A DNA stretch of 62,515 nucleotides, filler included, from an uncultured bacterium (GTDB lineage: Bacteria; DYJV01): NCBI GenBank assembly GCA_964543655.1. It is 4 parts of 4 records of this genome, joined end to end, with 100 filler letters (N's around TTAATTAATTAA, not from the genome) between each part and the next. Parts side by side here need not be neighbours in the genome. Positions count along the whole stretch, not along the records: positions 1 to 24,608 come from CAZIZE010000007.1; 3 more parts are not named here. One strand, written 5' to 3'. The notes below the pieces were generated by a model. The model ran no database searches, had not been told where the DNA came from, and saw only the letters and a list, made by a program, of their open reading frames with translations. Below are positions 7,545-16,792 of the stretch, piece after piece; the stretch's first letter is position 1, and each line of letters starts with the position of its first letter. The translations under genes and the position numbers were made by a program.

Positions 7545-7820
7545 ATGAAAAAATTTAGAGCAGTTTTAATTATTTTTACTCTTCTTTTTTCCACAATTCT
7601 TTTTGCAAAAAGCATTACAGAGACTCTTAAGGTTAAGGGTATGTCGTGACCTGGTAGAGCATATCAGGTGCGTAGCGCCTTAAAAAGTAACAGTGGTATA
7701 GAAAATGTAAAAACAGATGTGCATAATCATACAATTAAAATTACATTTGACAACAGCAAAATAAATTTGGAGAAAATAAAAAGAATTATTGAAGATAAGG
7801 GATTTAAAGTAGTTAAATAA
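7545..7820 (+). CDS. Exported heavy-metal-associated (HMA; MerP/CopZ-like) selenoprotein, 91 aa, Sec35
   Basis: SD AGGAGG, ATG 7545. Translation MKKFRAVLIIFTLLFSTILFAKSITETLKVKGMS-U(TGA 7647-7649)-PGRAYQVRSALKSNSGIENVKTDVHNHTIKITFDNSKINLEKIKRIIEDKGFKVVK, ending in TAA. The TGA sits at the first Cys of GMxCxxC, the HMA pattern continues after it, and the ORF ends 11 nt before the next gene. Confidence 0.8.
7666..7680 (+). promoter_or_regulatory. Candidate SECIS hairpin for the HMA selenoprotein
   Basis: AGGTGC-GTA-GCGCCT, a GC-rich island in AT-rich DNA. The GU-initial loop starts 22 nt after the UGA. Confidence 0.55.
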
Positions 7821-7831
7821 TTTAAAATATA

Positions 7832-10000
7832 ATGTTTAAAAGCATAAAAACAAAACTTATTTTTGCTTTTATTACCATTAATTTTCTTTCTGTAATTCTG
7901 ACAGCTTTTTATGCGAGGTATATTCAGAAAAGATTTGAAATAGAGAGAGCTGAAAAAATAGCTTTAAATGAAGTAAATTATCTGACTAAAGCAATTAAGA
8001 ACAATTTTAAACTTGCAATATCAGATTTGCTTATCCTTAGAGATTTACCTGATCTTCAACAATTTATAAATAATCCTACTGATGATGGGAAGTTAAAAAT
8101 TGAGAAGATTTTTATTAATTTTGCAAAATATCACAAAATATTTTACCAAATAAGACTTTTAGATCTATTTGGAAAAGAGATTATCAGGATTAACTGTATA
8201 AAAACTCCTTTTGTTGTTCCTGATAAAGAATTGCAGGTAAAATTTCACAGATACTATTTTCAGGCTATGTTGAAATTAAAAAAAGGTGAGGTATATATTT
8301 CTCCCTTTGATCTTAATGTAGAACACCATAAAATAGAAGTGCCATATAAACCAGTGATTAGAATAGGGATTCCTATATTTAACAAAAATAATAACAGCTC
8401 TTATTTCCTGATTGTAAATGTAGATGGTAATTTAATTTTAAATTTATTTAAAAGTCGAGAGAATAGAAAACTTGGAAAATACTTCTTAATTGATTGTAAA
8501 GGGAATTTTATTTACCATCCAAACAAAGAGAAAAGATTTGCATTTATGTTTGGCAAAAATGAAACTATTTTCAAAGAAGCCCCATATTTAAAGGATTTTA
8601 TAAAAAACAAAAAAGAAGGTGTTAAATATTTTGCCAAAGGGATAAAACATTTTTCAATAGTAAGTTTTAAAAAATTTAAACCTATTTCAAAAGGTAAGTC
8701 ACCAGAATTTGCAGTTATCTATTCAATATTTGATCCTGAATTATTAATAGGCTTTAATAAATATTTTAAAAACTTTATTATTTTCACTTTAATAATATTG
8801 CTTATTTCTTTAATCATTTCAACTTTTATTTCATTCACAATATCAAAGCCTATTTTAAAACTTGCAAAATTAACTAAAAAAATTAAGGATGGTGATCTGT
8901 CTGCACGTGTTGATATTAGAACCAATGATGAGCTTGGAATTCTGTCAGAAAACTTTAACAAAATGACTGAGAAGTTAAAACATACTATTACTCAGCTTAA
9001 ATCATCAGAGGAGAAGTATAGAAATTTATTTGAAAATACTCAGGATACAGTATTTCTCATAGATTTTTTGGGTAATATAAAGGAGTTAAACAGAGCAGGG
9101 CATACTCTTTTTGGTATTGAAAATATCAATAATAGAAATATATTTGAGTTTATTAAAGATAATTTTATAGAACAGATTAAAGAGGAAGATGAGATACACG
9201 AGAAGGAGATAGAGATTTTTAATTTAAAAGGTGAGAAAAGATTTGGTTCAATTAAAGCTCAGGTTAGAGATAAAGATTTTATTCAGGGGATTATTAGAGA
9301 TATTACTGAATTAAAAAAAAGACATGAGGAGAGGTTAAAAACCAAGCGTTTAATTGAAGAGCAAATTATACTTGCTGAGGAAAGAGAGAGGAGAAATATT
9401 GGTCAGCTTATCCATGAGCAACTTGCTCAAGATATAGCATTTTTACATTTAAAAACAGAAGAGCTTTATGAAAAATTTAATAATGATTCAATATTACAAA
9501 TTTTAAATACCACCAATAAAATGTTAAAGCAGATTAGGGGTACAATATTTGACTTATGTCCTGTAATTCTTGATGAGCATGGTTTAATATCAGCGATTAG
9601 GTGTTATTGTGAAAATTTTGAAGAAAAAAGTAAAATAAAGGTATTATTTTACACAAATTTGAGGGAGGAAAATATCCCTTTAACACAAACTGAAAAGTTT
9701 TATCTTTTTAGAATAGTTAAAGAGCTATTGAACAATGTATTAAAATATTCAGGTGCAACAGAGGTTGTTATCTCATTTTTGATTGTTGAAAATGTTTTAA
9801 GACTTGTTATAGACGATAATGGTAAGGGGTTCAATGTTGAGAAATATTTTAACAGGAAAAAATATAGTAGCGGCATTGGATTATTTACAGTAAAAAAATG
9901 GGTTGAGCATTTTAAAGGAAATTTCTACATAGAATCTGCAGAAGGAGAGGGAACACGTGCTATAATAGAGATTCCTGAAAAAGGTGCAGAGAATGATTAG
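7832..10000 (+). CDS. Sensor histidine kinase (periplasmic Cache, HAMP, PAS, HisKA_3, HATPase)
   Basis: Two TM helices around a periplasmic domain; HAMP (PILKL...DELGIL); ERRNIGQLIHEQLAQ H-box; ELLNNVLKYS, DDNGKGF and GIGL boxes. Confidence 0.9.
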   Translation: MFKSIKTKLIFAFITINFLSVILTAFYARYIQKRFEIERAEKIALNEVNYLTKAIKNNFKLAISDLLILRDLPDLQQFINNPTDDGKLKIEKIFINFAKYHKIFYQIRLLDLFGKEIIRINCIKTPFVVPDKELQVKFHRYYFQAMLKLKKGEVYISPFDLNVEHHKIEVPYKPVIRIGIPIFNKNNNSSYFLIVNVDGNLILNLFKSRENRKLGKYFLIDCKGNFIYHPNKEKRFAFMFGKNETIFKEAPYLKDFIKNKKEGVKYFAKGIKHFSIVSFKKFKPISKGKSPEFAVIYSIFDPELLIGFNKYFKNFIIFTLIILLISLIISTFISFTISKPILKLAKLTKKIKDGDLSARVDIRTNDELGILSENFNKMTEKLKHTITQLKSSEEKYRNLFENTQDTVFLIDFLGNIKELNRAGHTLFGIENINNRNIFEFIKDNFIEQIKEEDEIHEKEIEIFNLKGEKRFGSIKAQVRDKDFIQGIIRDITELKKRHEERLKTKRLIEEQIILAEERERRNIGQLIHEQLAQDIAFLHLKTEELYEKFNNDSILQILNTTNKMLKQIRGTIFDLCPVILDEHGLISAIRCYCENFEEKSKIKVLFYTNLREENIPLTQTEKFYLFRIVKELLNNVLKYSGATEVVISFLIVENVLRLVIDDNGKGFNVEKYFNRKKYSSGIGLFTVKKWVEHFKGNFYIESAEGEGTRAIIEIPEKGAEND

Positions 10001-10640
10001 AGCTGTTATAGTTGATGACCATATAATGTTTAAGGAAGGATTGAAAAATCTTATTTTAAAGGAACCTGAAATAGTTATTGTTGGCGAGGATGATAATGGT
10101 ATAACAGCACTTGACAAAATAATATCATTAAAACCTGATATAGCTATAGTTGATATTTCAATTCCTGGGTTAAATGGTATAGAACTAACGAAACTTATAA
10201 AGAAAAATGTGCCTAAAACAGAAGTTTTAATACTCTCTATGCACGCAGATACTTATTTTGTTATAAATGCTATGAAAAGTGGTGCAAAAGGTTATATATT
10301 AAAGGAAGATAGTTTCAAGCTATTAATAGAAGCTATAAAAAAAGTGTCAAAAGGTAGATTTCTCCTTTCTCCTGCATTTAATTCCATAGATGTGAAGAAA
10401 ATTTTTCATAATGATACATTTGAAGAAGATAATAATCTTGATCAACTTCTTACTGAAAGAGAGATACAGATTTTGCAGATGATTGCAGAGGGTTTTACTA
10501 ATTCACAAATTGCTGAAAAATTGTTTATTAGTACAAGGACTGTTGATACACATAGAAAAAATATAATGAAAAAGTTGAATATACACAATGTATCAGGTCT
10601 TGTAAAATATGCAATTAAACATAAGATTATTGTAATTTAA
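9993..10640 (+). CDS. NarL/FixJ-family response regulator (REC plus LuxR HTH)
   Basis: VIVDDH, DISIP and LTEREIQIL...TVDTHRKNIMKKL. ATG 9993 overlaps the kinase stop. Confidence 0.92.
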   Translation: MIRAVIVDDHIMFKEGLKNLILKEPEIVIVGEDDNGITALDKIISLKPDIAIVDISIPGLNGIELTKLIKKNVPKTEVLILSMHADTYFVINAMKSGAKGYILKEDSFKLLIEAIKKVSKGRFLLSPAFNSIDVKKIFHNDTFEEDNNLDQLLTEREIQILQMIAEGFTNSQIAEKLFISTRTVDTHRKNIMKKLNIHNVSGLVKYAIKHKIIVI

Positions 10641-10754
10641 AAAAAATCCATTGAAATTTTCTTCTCTTTATGCCTAATGTAATTTTTGATGTACAGCTTT
10701 CCTTGGTAATCAGCCAATTTATACTACTTTACTTGAACGTACCAAAAAGGAAAA

Positions 10755-12542
10755 TTAAAATCTTGCAAAATCTTTTAAAATATTACTAAAATCTTTAATA
10801 TGGTGCTTTATAAGGGTGTTATTTTTTATTAATTTAAAATTATTATCTCTAATTTCAGAAAGACCCATTTTATACGTTGCCATAGAGAAGATAAATCTGT
10901 AATCAGGATAAATAATTGCAAAATTTGTCCAGCTTGCTGCAATAATATATTTATGTTTTTTACTTCCTAATAAATTAATTCCATTTGAATAATCTGATTC
11001 TTGATTTTTAACTCCTAAAATTTTTAAAATAGTTGGAACAATATCGTAATGGCAGGTTAATTTTTGAAAGATTTTATGTTTTTTATTAGGAATGTAAAGT
11101 ATTAAAGGTACATTATTTTGCTCTGGTGTAAATGCACTTGTGTGGCCTAAATGGCCATGCTCGAAAAATTCTTCACCATGGTCAGCTGAAATCAATATTA
11201 TGCTATTTTTTAACAAACCTTTTGATTTCAATACAGTTAATATTTTTCCAACAAGGTAATCATCATAATAAATTGCATTTAAATATGCTTGTTTTAAAAA
11301 TGTAATATTTTTTTTCCCAACAATAAAGTAATTGATATTTTTATTTAATTTGAATTTATTAAAATTAGGTGCAAAACTTTTTGCATGTGGGCCATCTAAA
11401 AATATAAATGAAAAAAAAGGTCTTTTTTCATTTTTCATAGTATTAATCCATGAAATAAAATTTTCAGTAATATTTCTATCTTTCTCATAAATATATTTAC
11501 CAGGAGGATTATCCTCTATTTTATTTTGCAATTTTAAAAAAATTGTTTGAGTAAACTCAGGATATTTTAATGAAGTGGAAGTTAAAATTTTAAAATCGTA
11601 ATTTAATTTTTGAAGAACATTTAGGAATACCGGCGGCACATGCTCAGACAAAAATTTATGCCAGTATATACCATAAATTCCATAAAAAAGGGTAAAAACT
11701 CCAAATCTTGTAGCAATTCCCCCACTTTTATGATTTTTAAAAATAAGTGAATTTTTAGAAAAATTGTATATATTAGGAGTGTAATTTTTATTAAATTTAT
11801 CTGCTCGCCATGCATCCAATAGGATAAAAATAATATTTGGATAAGATGATAATTTTGATAATTTTATTTTATGTAAAGGATAATGCAGATTTTTATGTAA
11901 ATGTATATTTTTAGAGAGATTAAATTTTTTACATTTTTTCAATTTAACATGCAAAACCTTTTTAAAAAACTTTTTACAAGTTAATGGTTGATATAAAGGT
12001 AGGGTTAGTTTAATTTTTTTTACGATTTCTGAACAGTTTAAATCTTTGTAAATATAAATACCTTTCTCTACAGTTAATATTAAAAATAAGAAAATAATTA
12101 CCGGTTTTAAATTGATTTCAGTTTTCTTTATTTTGATAAAGTATAAAATCAATAGCTCTATTACCAATGTAAGAGCAACAAAAATTGCAAAATATATAAA
12201 ATCGCACATAGGAATATCAAGAGCTTTAATACCATTTGGAGTGGTGAGCACATTTAAAACCATTCCATTTATATGGTACTTGAAAAAGTAAAAAATAATA
12301 ACATCAACTAAATTAATAGAGTGAAGTATTGTAAAAATTATTGCCAGAAAAATTGAAAAAATAAGTTCTGGTAAAAATGATAAAAGATAAACAGGTATTG
12401 AGATTAAGATATAAATTAAAAAAGTATTTGCAATTAATGATATGTAAGGGAAGATACCTTCCAAATTGGCAATTAAAATATAAAAAATACCTATAACAAC
12501 TGAAACAAGAAAATTAATAAATAGAAAGAAACTTTTACTCAA
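10755..12542 (-). CDS. Membrane-anchored sulfatase-like hydrolase (YejM/PbgA/LTA-synthase-like)
   Basis: Five N-terminal TM helices; PNIIFILLDAWR, TRFGVFTLFYG, ISADHGEEF. Confidence 0.8.
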   Translation of the reverse strand: MSKSFFLFINFLVSVVIGIFYILIANLEGIFPYISLIANTFLIYILISIPVYLLSFLPELIFSIFLAIIFTILHSINLVDVIIFYFFKYHINGMVLNVLTTPNGIKALDIPMCDFIYFAIFVALTLVIELLILYFIKIKKTEINLKPVIIFLFLILTVEKGIYIYKDLNCSEIVKKIKLTLPLYQPLTCKKFFKKVLHVKLKKCKKFNLSKNIHLHKNLHYPLHKIKLSKLSSYPNIIFILLDAWRADKFNKNYTPNIYNFSKNSLIFKNHKSGGIATRFGVFTLFYGIYGIYWHKFLSEHVPPVFLNVLQKLNYDFKILTSTSLKYPEFTQTIFLKLQNKIEDNPPGKYIYEKDRNITENFISWINTMKNEKRPFFSFIFLDGPHAKSFAPNFNKFKLNKNINYFIVGKKNITFLKQAYLNAIYYDDYLVGKILTVLKSKGLLKNSIILISADHGEEFFEHGHLGHTSAFTPEQNNVPLILYIPNKKHKIFQKLTCHYDIVPTILKILGVKNQESDYSNGINLLGSKKHKYIIAASWTNFAIIYPDYRFIFSMATYKMGLSEIRDNNFKLIKNNTLIKHHIKDFSNILKDFARF

Positions 12543-12562
12543 TTTTAAACTCTAAAAAAATT

Positions 12563-12587
12563 AAAAAGCCCGTTTTTCGGGCTTTTT
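12563..12587. terminator. Intrinsic terminator after ileS
   Basis: AAAAAGCCCG-TTTTT-CGGGCTTTTT. Confidence 0.75.
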
Positions 12588-15348
12588 AATTTTGCTCTAT
12601 CACTTTTCTACATCTAAAACATATTTTATCCTTATCATTTGAAACAGAATCGTCATATTTCCAGCATCTCTGACATTTTTCGCCAGAAGCCCTTTCAACT
12701 TTAATATCTATATCACTTAGATTTGTGTCAAGTTGAATTGATAATTGAGATGTTATTAGGAGCATTTTTAATTCATCATAGATTTTTTCATAAAATAGAA
12801 AATCTTTCTCTTTTGAAAATGTAATAATAACTTTTGCGTCAAGTGAATGACCTATTATTTTATTTTTCCTTGCTTCCTCAAGGCGTTTTGAAATTTTCTC
12901 TCTTAATTCAAGAATATTTTCAAATTTTTCAATTATCTCTTTATTATCAAAATTTTCATTGATTTCTGGCATTGTTTCTTCATGTACTGAAAGAGTTTCC
13001 CCTTTAAAATATCTCCATGCTTCATCTGATGTAAAAGCAAGAACTGGAGCTATTAATTTCAAAAGATAGGTTAAAACAGTGTAAATTGCAGTTTGTGTTG
13101 AACGCCTTTCCTTTGAGTTGGTTGGCTCGCAGTACATCCTATCTTTTAATACATCAAGGTAGAAGTTACTAAGGTCAACAACACAGAAATTGTGAATCAT
13201 ATGATAAACTATATGGAATTCAAACTCATCATACCCTTTTAAAACCCTTTTTGTAAGGTTATTTAGCCTTGCAAGAATCCACTTGTCAATATCTGTTAAA
13301 TTGTTGTACTCTACTTTGTTTTTTTCATAATCAAAATCATTTAAACATCCCATAAGGTATCTAACTGTGTTTCTAATCCTTCTGTAGCTTTCTGTAACTC
13401 TTTTTAAAATCTCTTTTGAAATTCTTATATCATCTCTGTAATCTTGTGCTGCAACCCATAATCTTAAAATTTCAGCACCATATTTATTAATCACTTCATC
13501 AGGTGAAATAACATTCCCTGCAGATTTAGACATTTTTTTACCTTCACCATCTACAACAAATCCATGTGTTAAAACCTCATTGTAAGGTGGAATTCCCCTG
13601 TTGCCAATAGCAATTAACAATGAGCTGTGAAACCATCCTCTATGCTGGTCAGAGCCTTCAAGGTACATATTTGCAGGAAATCCAAGTAAAGGATTGTCTT
13701 CGCAAACTGCTGCAAATGAGGAACCAGAATCAAACCAAACATCAAGTATATCTTTTTCCCTAATAAAGCTGTTACATCCACATTCAGGGCATTTAAAATC
13801 ATCAGGAAGAAAATCTTTAATGTCACGTTTGAACCATGCATCAGCACCCTCTTTTAAAAATATCTCGTAAACTTTTTCAAAAAGTTCTTTAGTGGCAATT
13901 AAATGACCACATTCTTTGCAATAAGCAACTGTGATTGGAACTCCCCAAGACCTCTGCCTTGAAATGCACCAATCAGGTCTATTTTCAATCATGTTAAAAA
14001 TTCTATCTTTTCCCCATGCTGGTATCCATTTAACTTGATTATTAATTGCATTAAGAGCCTTTTTTCTTAAATTGTTTTTTTCCATTGATATGAACCATTG
14101 GGAAGTTGCTCTAAATATAATTGGCTCTTTACACCTCCAGCAATGAGGGTATGAGTGAGTTATTTTTTCTACTTTTATTAAAGCGTTATTATTTTTTAAA
14201 ATTTCATTAACCTTTTTATTAGCATCAAATACAAATAATCCTTCAAGTTCTTTTACTGCAACCTCTTTTGTAAATTTTCCAAAATCATCAACAGGAGTTA
14301 AAATATCAATACCATATTCAAGAGCAACCTCGTAATCCTCCTGTCCATGTCCAGGTGCTGTATGAACAGCTCCAGTACCAGCTTCAAGAGTAACATGATT
14401 TCCAAGGATAACAAGGGAGTCTCTGTTAATAAAAGGATGTTGACATTTAATTTTTTCAAGGTCTCTACCTTTGAATGATGCAATTTCAGAGTAATTCTCT
14501 ATTCCGAAATTGGACATACATTTTGATACTAATTCTGTTGCAAGAATCCACACTTCGTCATTTACTTCAATAGCAGAGTAATCAAAATCTGGATGAAGGG
14601 TAATTGCAAGATTAGCTGGAATTGTCCATGGAGTAGTTGTCCAGATGATGATGTAGCTATCTTTTCCTTTTAAATTGCTGTTTAAGTTTGAAAGATTATC
14701 TTTAACTTTAAACTTTACATATATTGATGTTGATGTATCATCATTATACTCAACCTCTGCTTCTGCAAGTGCTGTAACACATGATGCACACCAATAAACA
14801 GGTTTTTTGCTTTTATATACAGAGCCTTGTTCAAAGAATCTCCCAAGCTCTCTTGCAATTTTAGCTTCATATTCATAATTCATTGTAAGATAGGGATTAT
14901 CCCAGTCACCAAGAACACCTAATCTTTTAAATTCATTTTTCTGAATTTCTATAAATTTCTCTGCATACCTTCTGCATAATTCTCTTTTTTCAGTAACCGG
15001 TTTAGAAAATCTTTCGTTGCCAAGATTTTTATCAACCTGATGTTCTATTGGTAATCCGTGGCAATCCCATCCAGGAGTATAATAGCTGTAAAACCCTTTC
15101 ATTGTTTTATATTTAATTATAAAATCTTTAAGAATTTTATTTAATGCGTGGCCTAAATGAATATGCCCATTTGCATATGGTGGCCCATCATGAAGAATAT
15201 ATTTTGGAGCATTTTTTCTTTTCTCAATTATTTTGAAAAAAAGTTTTTCATTGTCCCATTTTTTTATAAATTCAGGTTCTCTTTTTGAAAGATTGGCTTT
15301 CATTGGGAAATCTGTTTTTGGTAAATTTAGAGTGTCTTTAAAATCCAT
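12586..15348 (-). CDS. ileS: Isoleucyl-tRNA synthetase
   Basis: DGPPYANG-HLGH and KMSKS motifs; C-terminal zinc finger CQRCW...CFRC. Confidence 0.97.
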   Translation of the reverse strand: MDFKDTLNLPKTDFPMKANLSKREPEFIKKWDNEKLFFKIIEKRKNAPKYILHDGPPYANGHIHLGHALNKILKDFIIKYKTMKGFYSYYTPGWDCHGLPIEHQVDKNLGNERFSKPVTEKRELCRRYAEKFIEIQKNEFKRLGVLGDWDNPYLTMNYEYEAKIARELGRFFEQGSVYKSKKPVYWCASCVTALAEAEVEYNDDTSTSIYVKFKVKDNLSNLNSNLKGKDSYIIIWTTTPWTIPANLAITLHPDFDYSAIEVNDEVWILATELVSKCMSNFGIENYSEIASFKGRDLEKIKCQHPFINRDSLVILGNHVTLEAGTGAVHTAPGHGQEDYEVALEYGIDILTPVDDFGKFTKEVAVKELEGLFVFDANKKVNEILKNNNALIKVEKITHSYPHCWRCKEPIIFRATSQWFISMEKNNLRKKALNAINNQVKWIPAWGKDRIFNMIENRPDWCISRQRSWGVPITVAYCKECGHLIATKELFEKVYEIFLKEGADAWFKRDIKDFLPDDFKCPECGCNSFIREKDILDVWFDSGSSFAAVCEDNPLLGFPANMYLEGSDQHRGWFHSSLLIAIGNRGIPPYNEVLTHGFVVDGEGKKMSKSAGNVISPDEVINKYGAEILRLWVAAQDYRDDIRISKEILKRVTESYRRIRNTVRYLMGCLNDFDYEKNKVEYNNLTDIDKWILARLNNLTKRVLKGYDEFEFHIVYHMIHNFCVVDLSNFYLDVLKDRMYCEPTNSKERRSTQTAIYTVLTYLLKLIAPVLAFTSDEAWRYFKGETLSVHEETMPEINENFDNKEIIEKFENILELREKISKRLEEARKNKIIGHSLDAKVIITFSKEKDFLFYEKIYDELKMLLITSQLSIQLDTNLSDIDIKVERASGEKCQRCWKYDDSVSNDKDKICFRCRKVIEQN

Positions 15349-15363
15349 TATTTCCTCCGTTTG

Positions 15364-16293
15364 TTATAAATTAATACGCTGTAAAACATTTAAAAATATT
15401 AAAGGTAACATTATTTCATGATGGCCAATAATATAGTAGCCTTTGCCTCCATTTTGAACTGGCCTATTTACAACATTTGTAAGCGGCCTGTACTGTTTTA
15501 TAAAGTCAAGATTTACTGTAATAAACCTGTCAACTTTGAAATTAAGGTTTCTTACAAGTGTAACTGCTTTTAAAAAAATTTCTGGCAAAACAACAGCAGA
15601 CCCTATATTAAAAAATACTCCATCTTGCAAGTCTTTTATTGTATTTGCAAAAATTTTAAAATCTTTTAAACTTCCTTCTCCAATAGCACTGCCATTTGCT
15701 TCAGGGCTCATATGTATAATATCTGTCCCAACAGCAACATGCACAGTTATAGGAATGTTATGTTGGTACGCAGTTGCAAAGATTGAAAAATCTTTATACC
15801 TGTAGTCAGAGTTTGTTAGCCATTTTCCAATTGTTTCTCCAAGTCCAATTCCTTCCACAAAACCAGAGTTTATAGCATTGTTTATTAAACTATTTGTCTC
15901 TTCACTCATTCCAAATTCACCTTTTTTCAATGCCTCATCAACATCCTCTGATGTAGCTCCATTTATTGCAATCTCAACATCATGAACAATAGCTGCACCA
16001 TTGAAAGCAATATGGCTAATAACTTTATTTTTAATTAATTTATTAATTAATGGTGATAAGCCAACTTTAATTACATGTGCACCCATTGCAACAACGATTT
16101 TTTTACTTTTTTTATAAGCATTAACAGTATGTTCAATTATCTCTTTAACCTCTTTGGCAGCTAATATATTTGGTATCTGGTCAATAAAATTTTCGCCATT
16201 AAAATTGAAAAAATCATCTATATTAACCTTACTTTTTCTCTTATTTAAAGGATATGTGTTCAATTTATCATATTTAAGCTCTTTGAATTTCAT
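15364..16293 (-). CDS. Deoxyhypusine-synthase-like conserved protein (GSU2086-like)
   Basis: MGAHVIKVGL, HVAVGTDIIH, GSAVVLPEIFLK, GHHEIMLP. Confidence 0.65.
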   Translation of the reverse strand: MKFKELKYDKLNTYPLNKRKSKVNIDDFFNFNGENFIDQIPNILAAKEVKEIIEHTVNAYKKSKKIVVAMGAHVIKVGLSPLINKLIKNKVISHIAFNGAAIVHDVEIAINGATSEDVDEALKKGEFGMSEETNSLINNAINSGFVEGIGLGETIGKWLTNSDYRYKDFSIFATAYQHNIPITVHVAVGTDIIHMSPEANGSAIGEGSLKDFKIFANTIKDLQDGVFFNIGSAVVLPEIFLKAVTLVRNLNFKVDRFITVNLDFIKQYRPLTNVVNRPVQNGGKGYYIIGHHEIMLPLIFLNVLQRINL

Positions 16294-16513
16294 TAATCCT
16301 CCATTTTACATTTTAAGATGATGCTATTTTTCTCTATAGCAATTAAAGTAATCATTATTTATCAGTAATTTAAGTTCAAACCATTAACAGATAAATTCAA
16401 ATTTTTAGCTCCCTTCTCCATCTCCTCCCCATATCATTACCCATAAAACTTAGCAAGAGGTAAAATTTTTAATTTGACTTATAAATAATTTTAATATAAT
16501 TTATTCCATAATA

Positions 16514-16792
16514 ATGGAAAAAAAGAAAAATTTAAAAGCTGTTGCTTTAAAATATGAAAAGATTAAAGATAATGCACCAAAAGTTGTAGCAAAAGGACAG
16601 AAAAAGTTAGCTGAAAAAATTATAGAAATAGCAAAAGAGCATAATATCCATATCTATCAGGACTCCGACCTTGCAGAACTACTCTATAATCTTGAAATTT
16701 ATGAAGAGATTCCAGAAGAATTTTACAGAGTTGTAGCTGAAATTTTAGCATATGTATATAAAGTGAATCAGAGCTACAAAAGGAGTTTGTAA
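16514..16792 (+). CDS. Stand-alone FlhB C-terminal (EscU/YscU/HrcU-like) protein
   Basis: AVALKY...APKVVAKG...EEIPEEFYRVVAEIL. Confidence 0.85.
   Translation: MEKKKNLKAVALKYEKIKDNAPKVVAKGQKKLAEKIIEIAKEHNIHIYQDSDLAELLYNLEIYEEIPEEFYRVVAEILAYVYKVNQSYKRSL

Noticed and set aside
7467-7649. 60-aa ORF as given in the track
   Set aside because: Wrong start (the SD is before ATG 7545) and premature end at a probable Sec codon.
1805-7820. In-frame TGAs explained by an alternative genetic code (TGA=Trp or Gly)
   Set aside because: Long genes throughout the window have no internal TGA, and several end in TGA (e.g. lpxK, lspA, the MerR gene). The read-through TGAs occur only at Cys-equivalent positions with downstream hairpins.
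16362-16421. Short minus-strand ORF MEKGAKNLNLSVNGLNLNY ending in TGA, as a possible selenopeptide or leader peptide
   Set aside because: The TGA is immediately followed by TAA, and I see no SECIS-like hairpin or attenuator structure.
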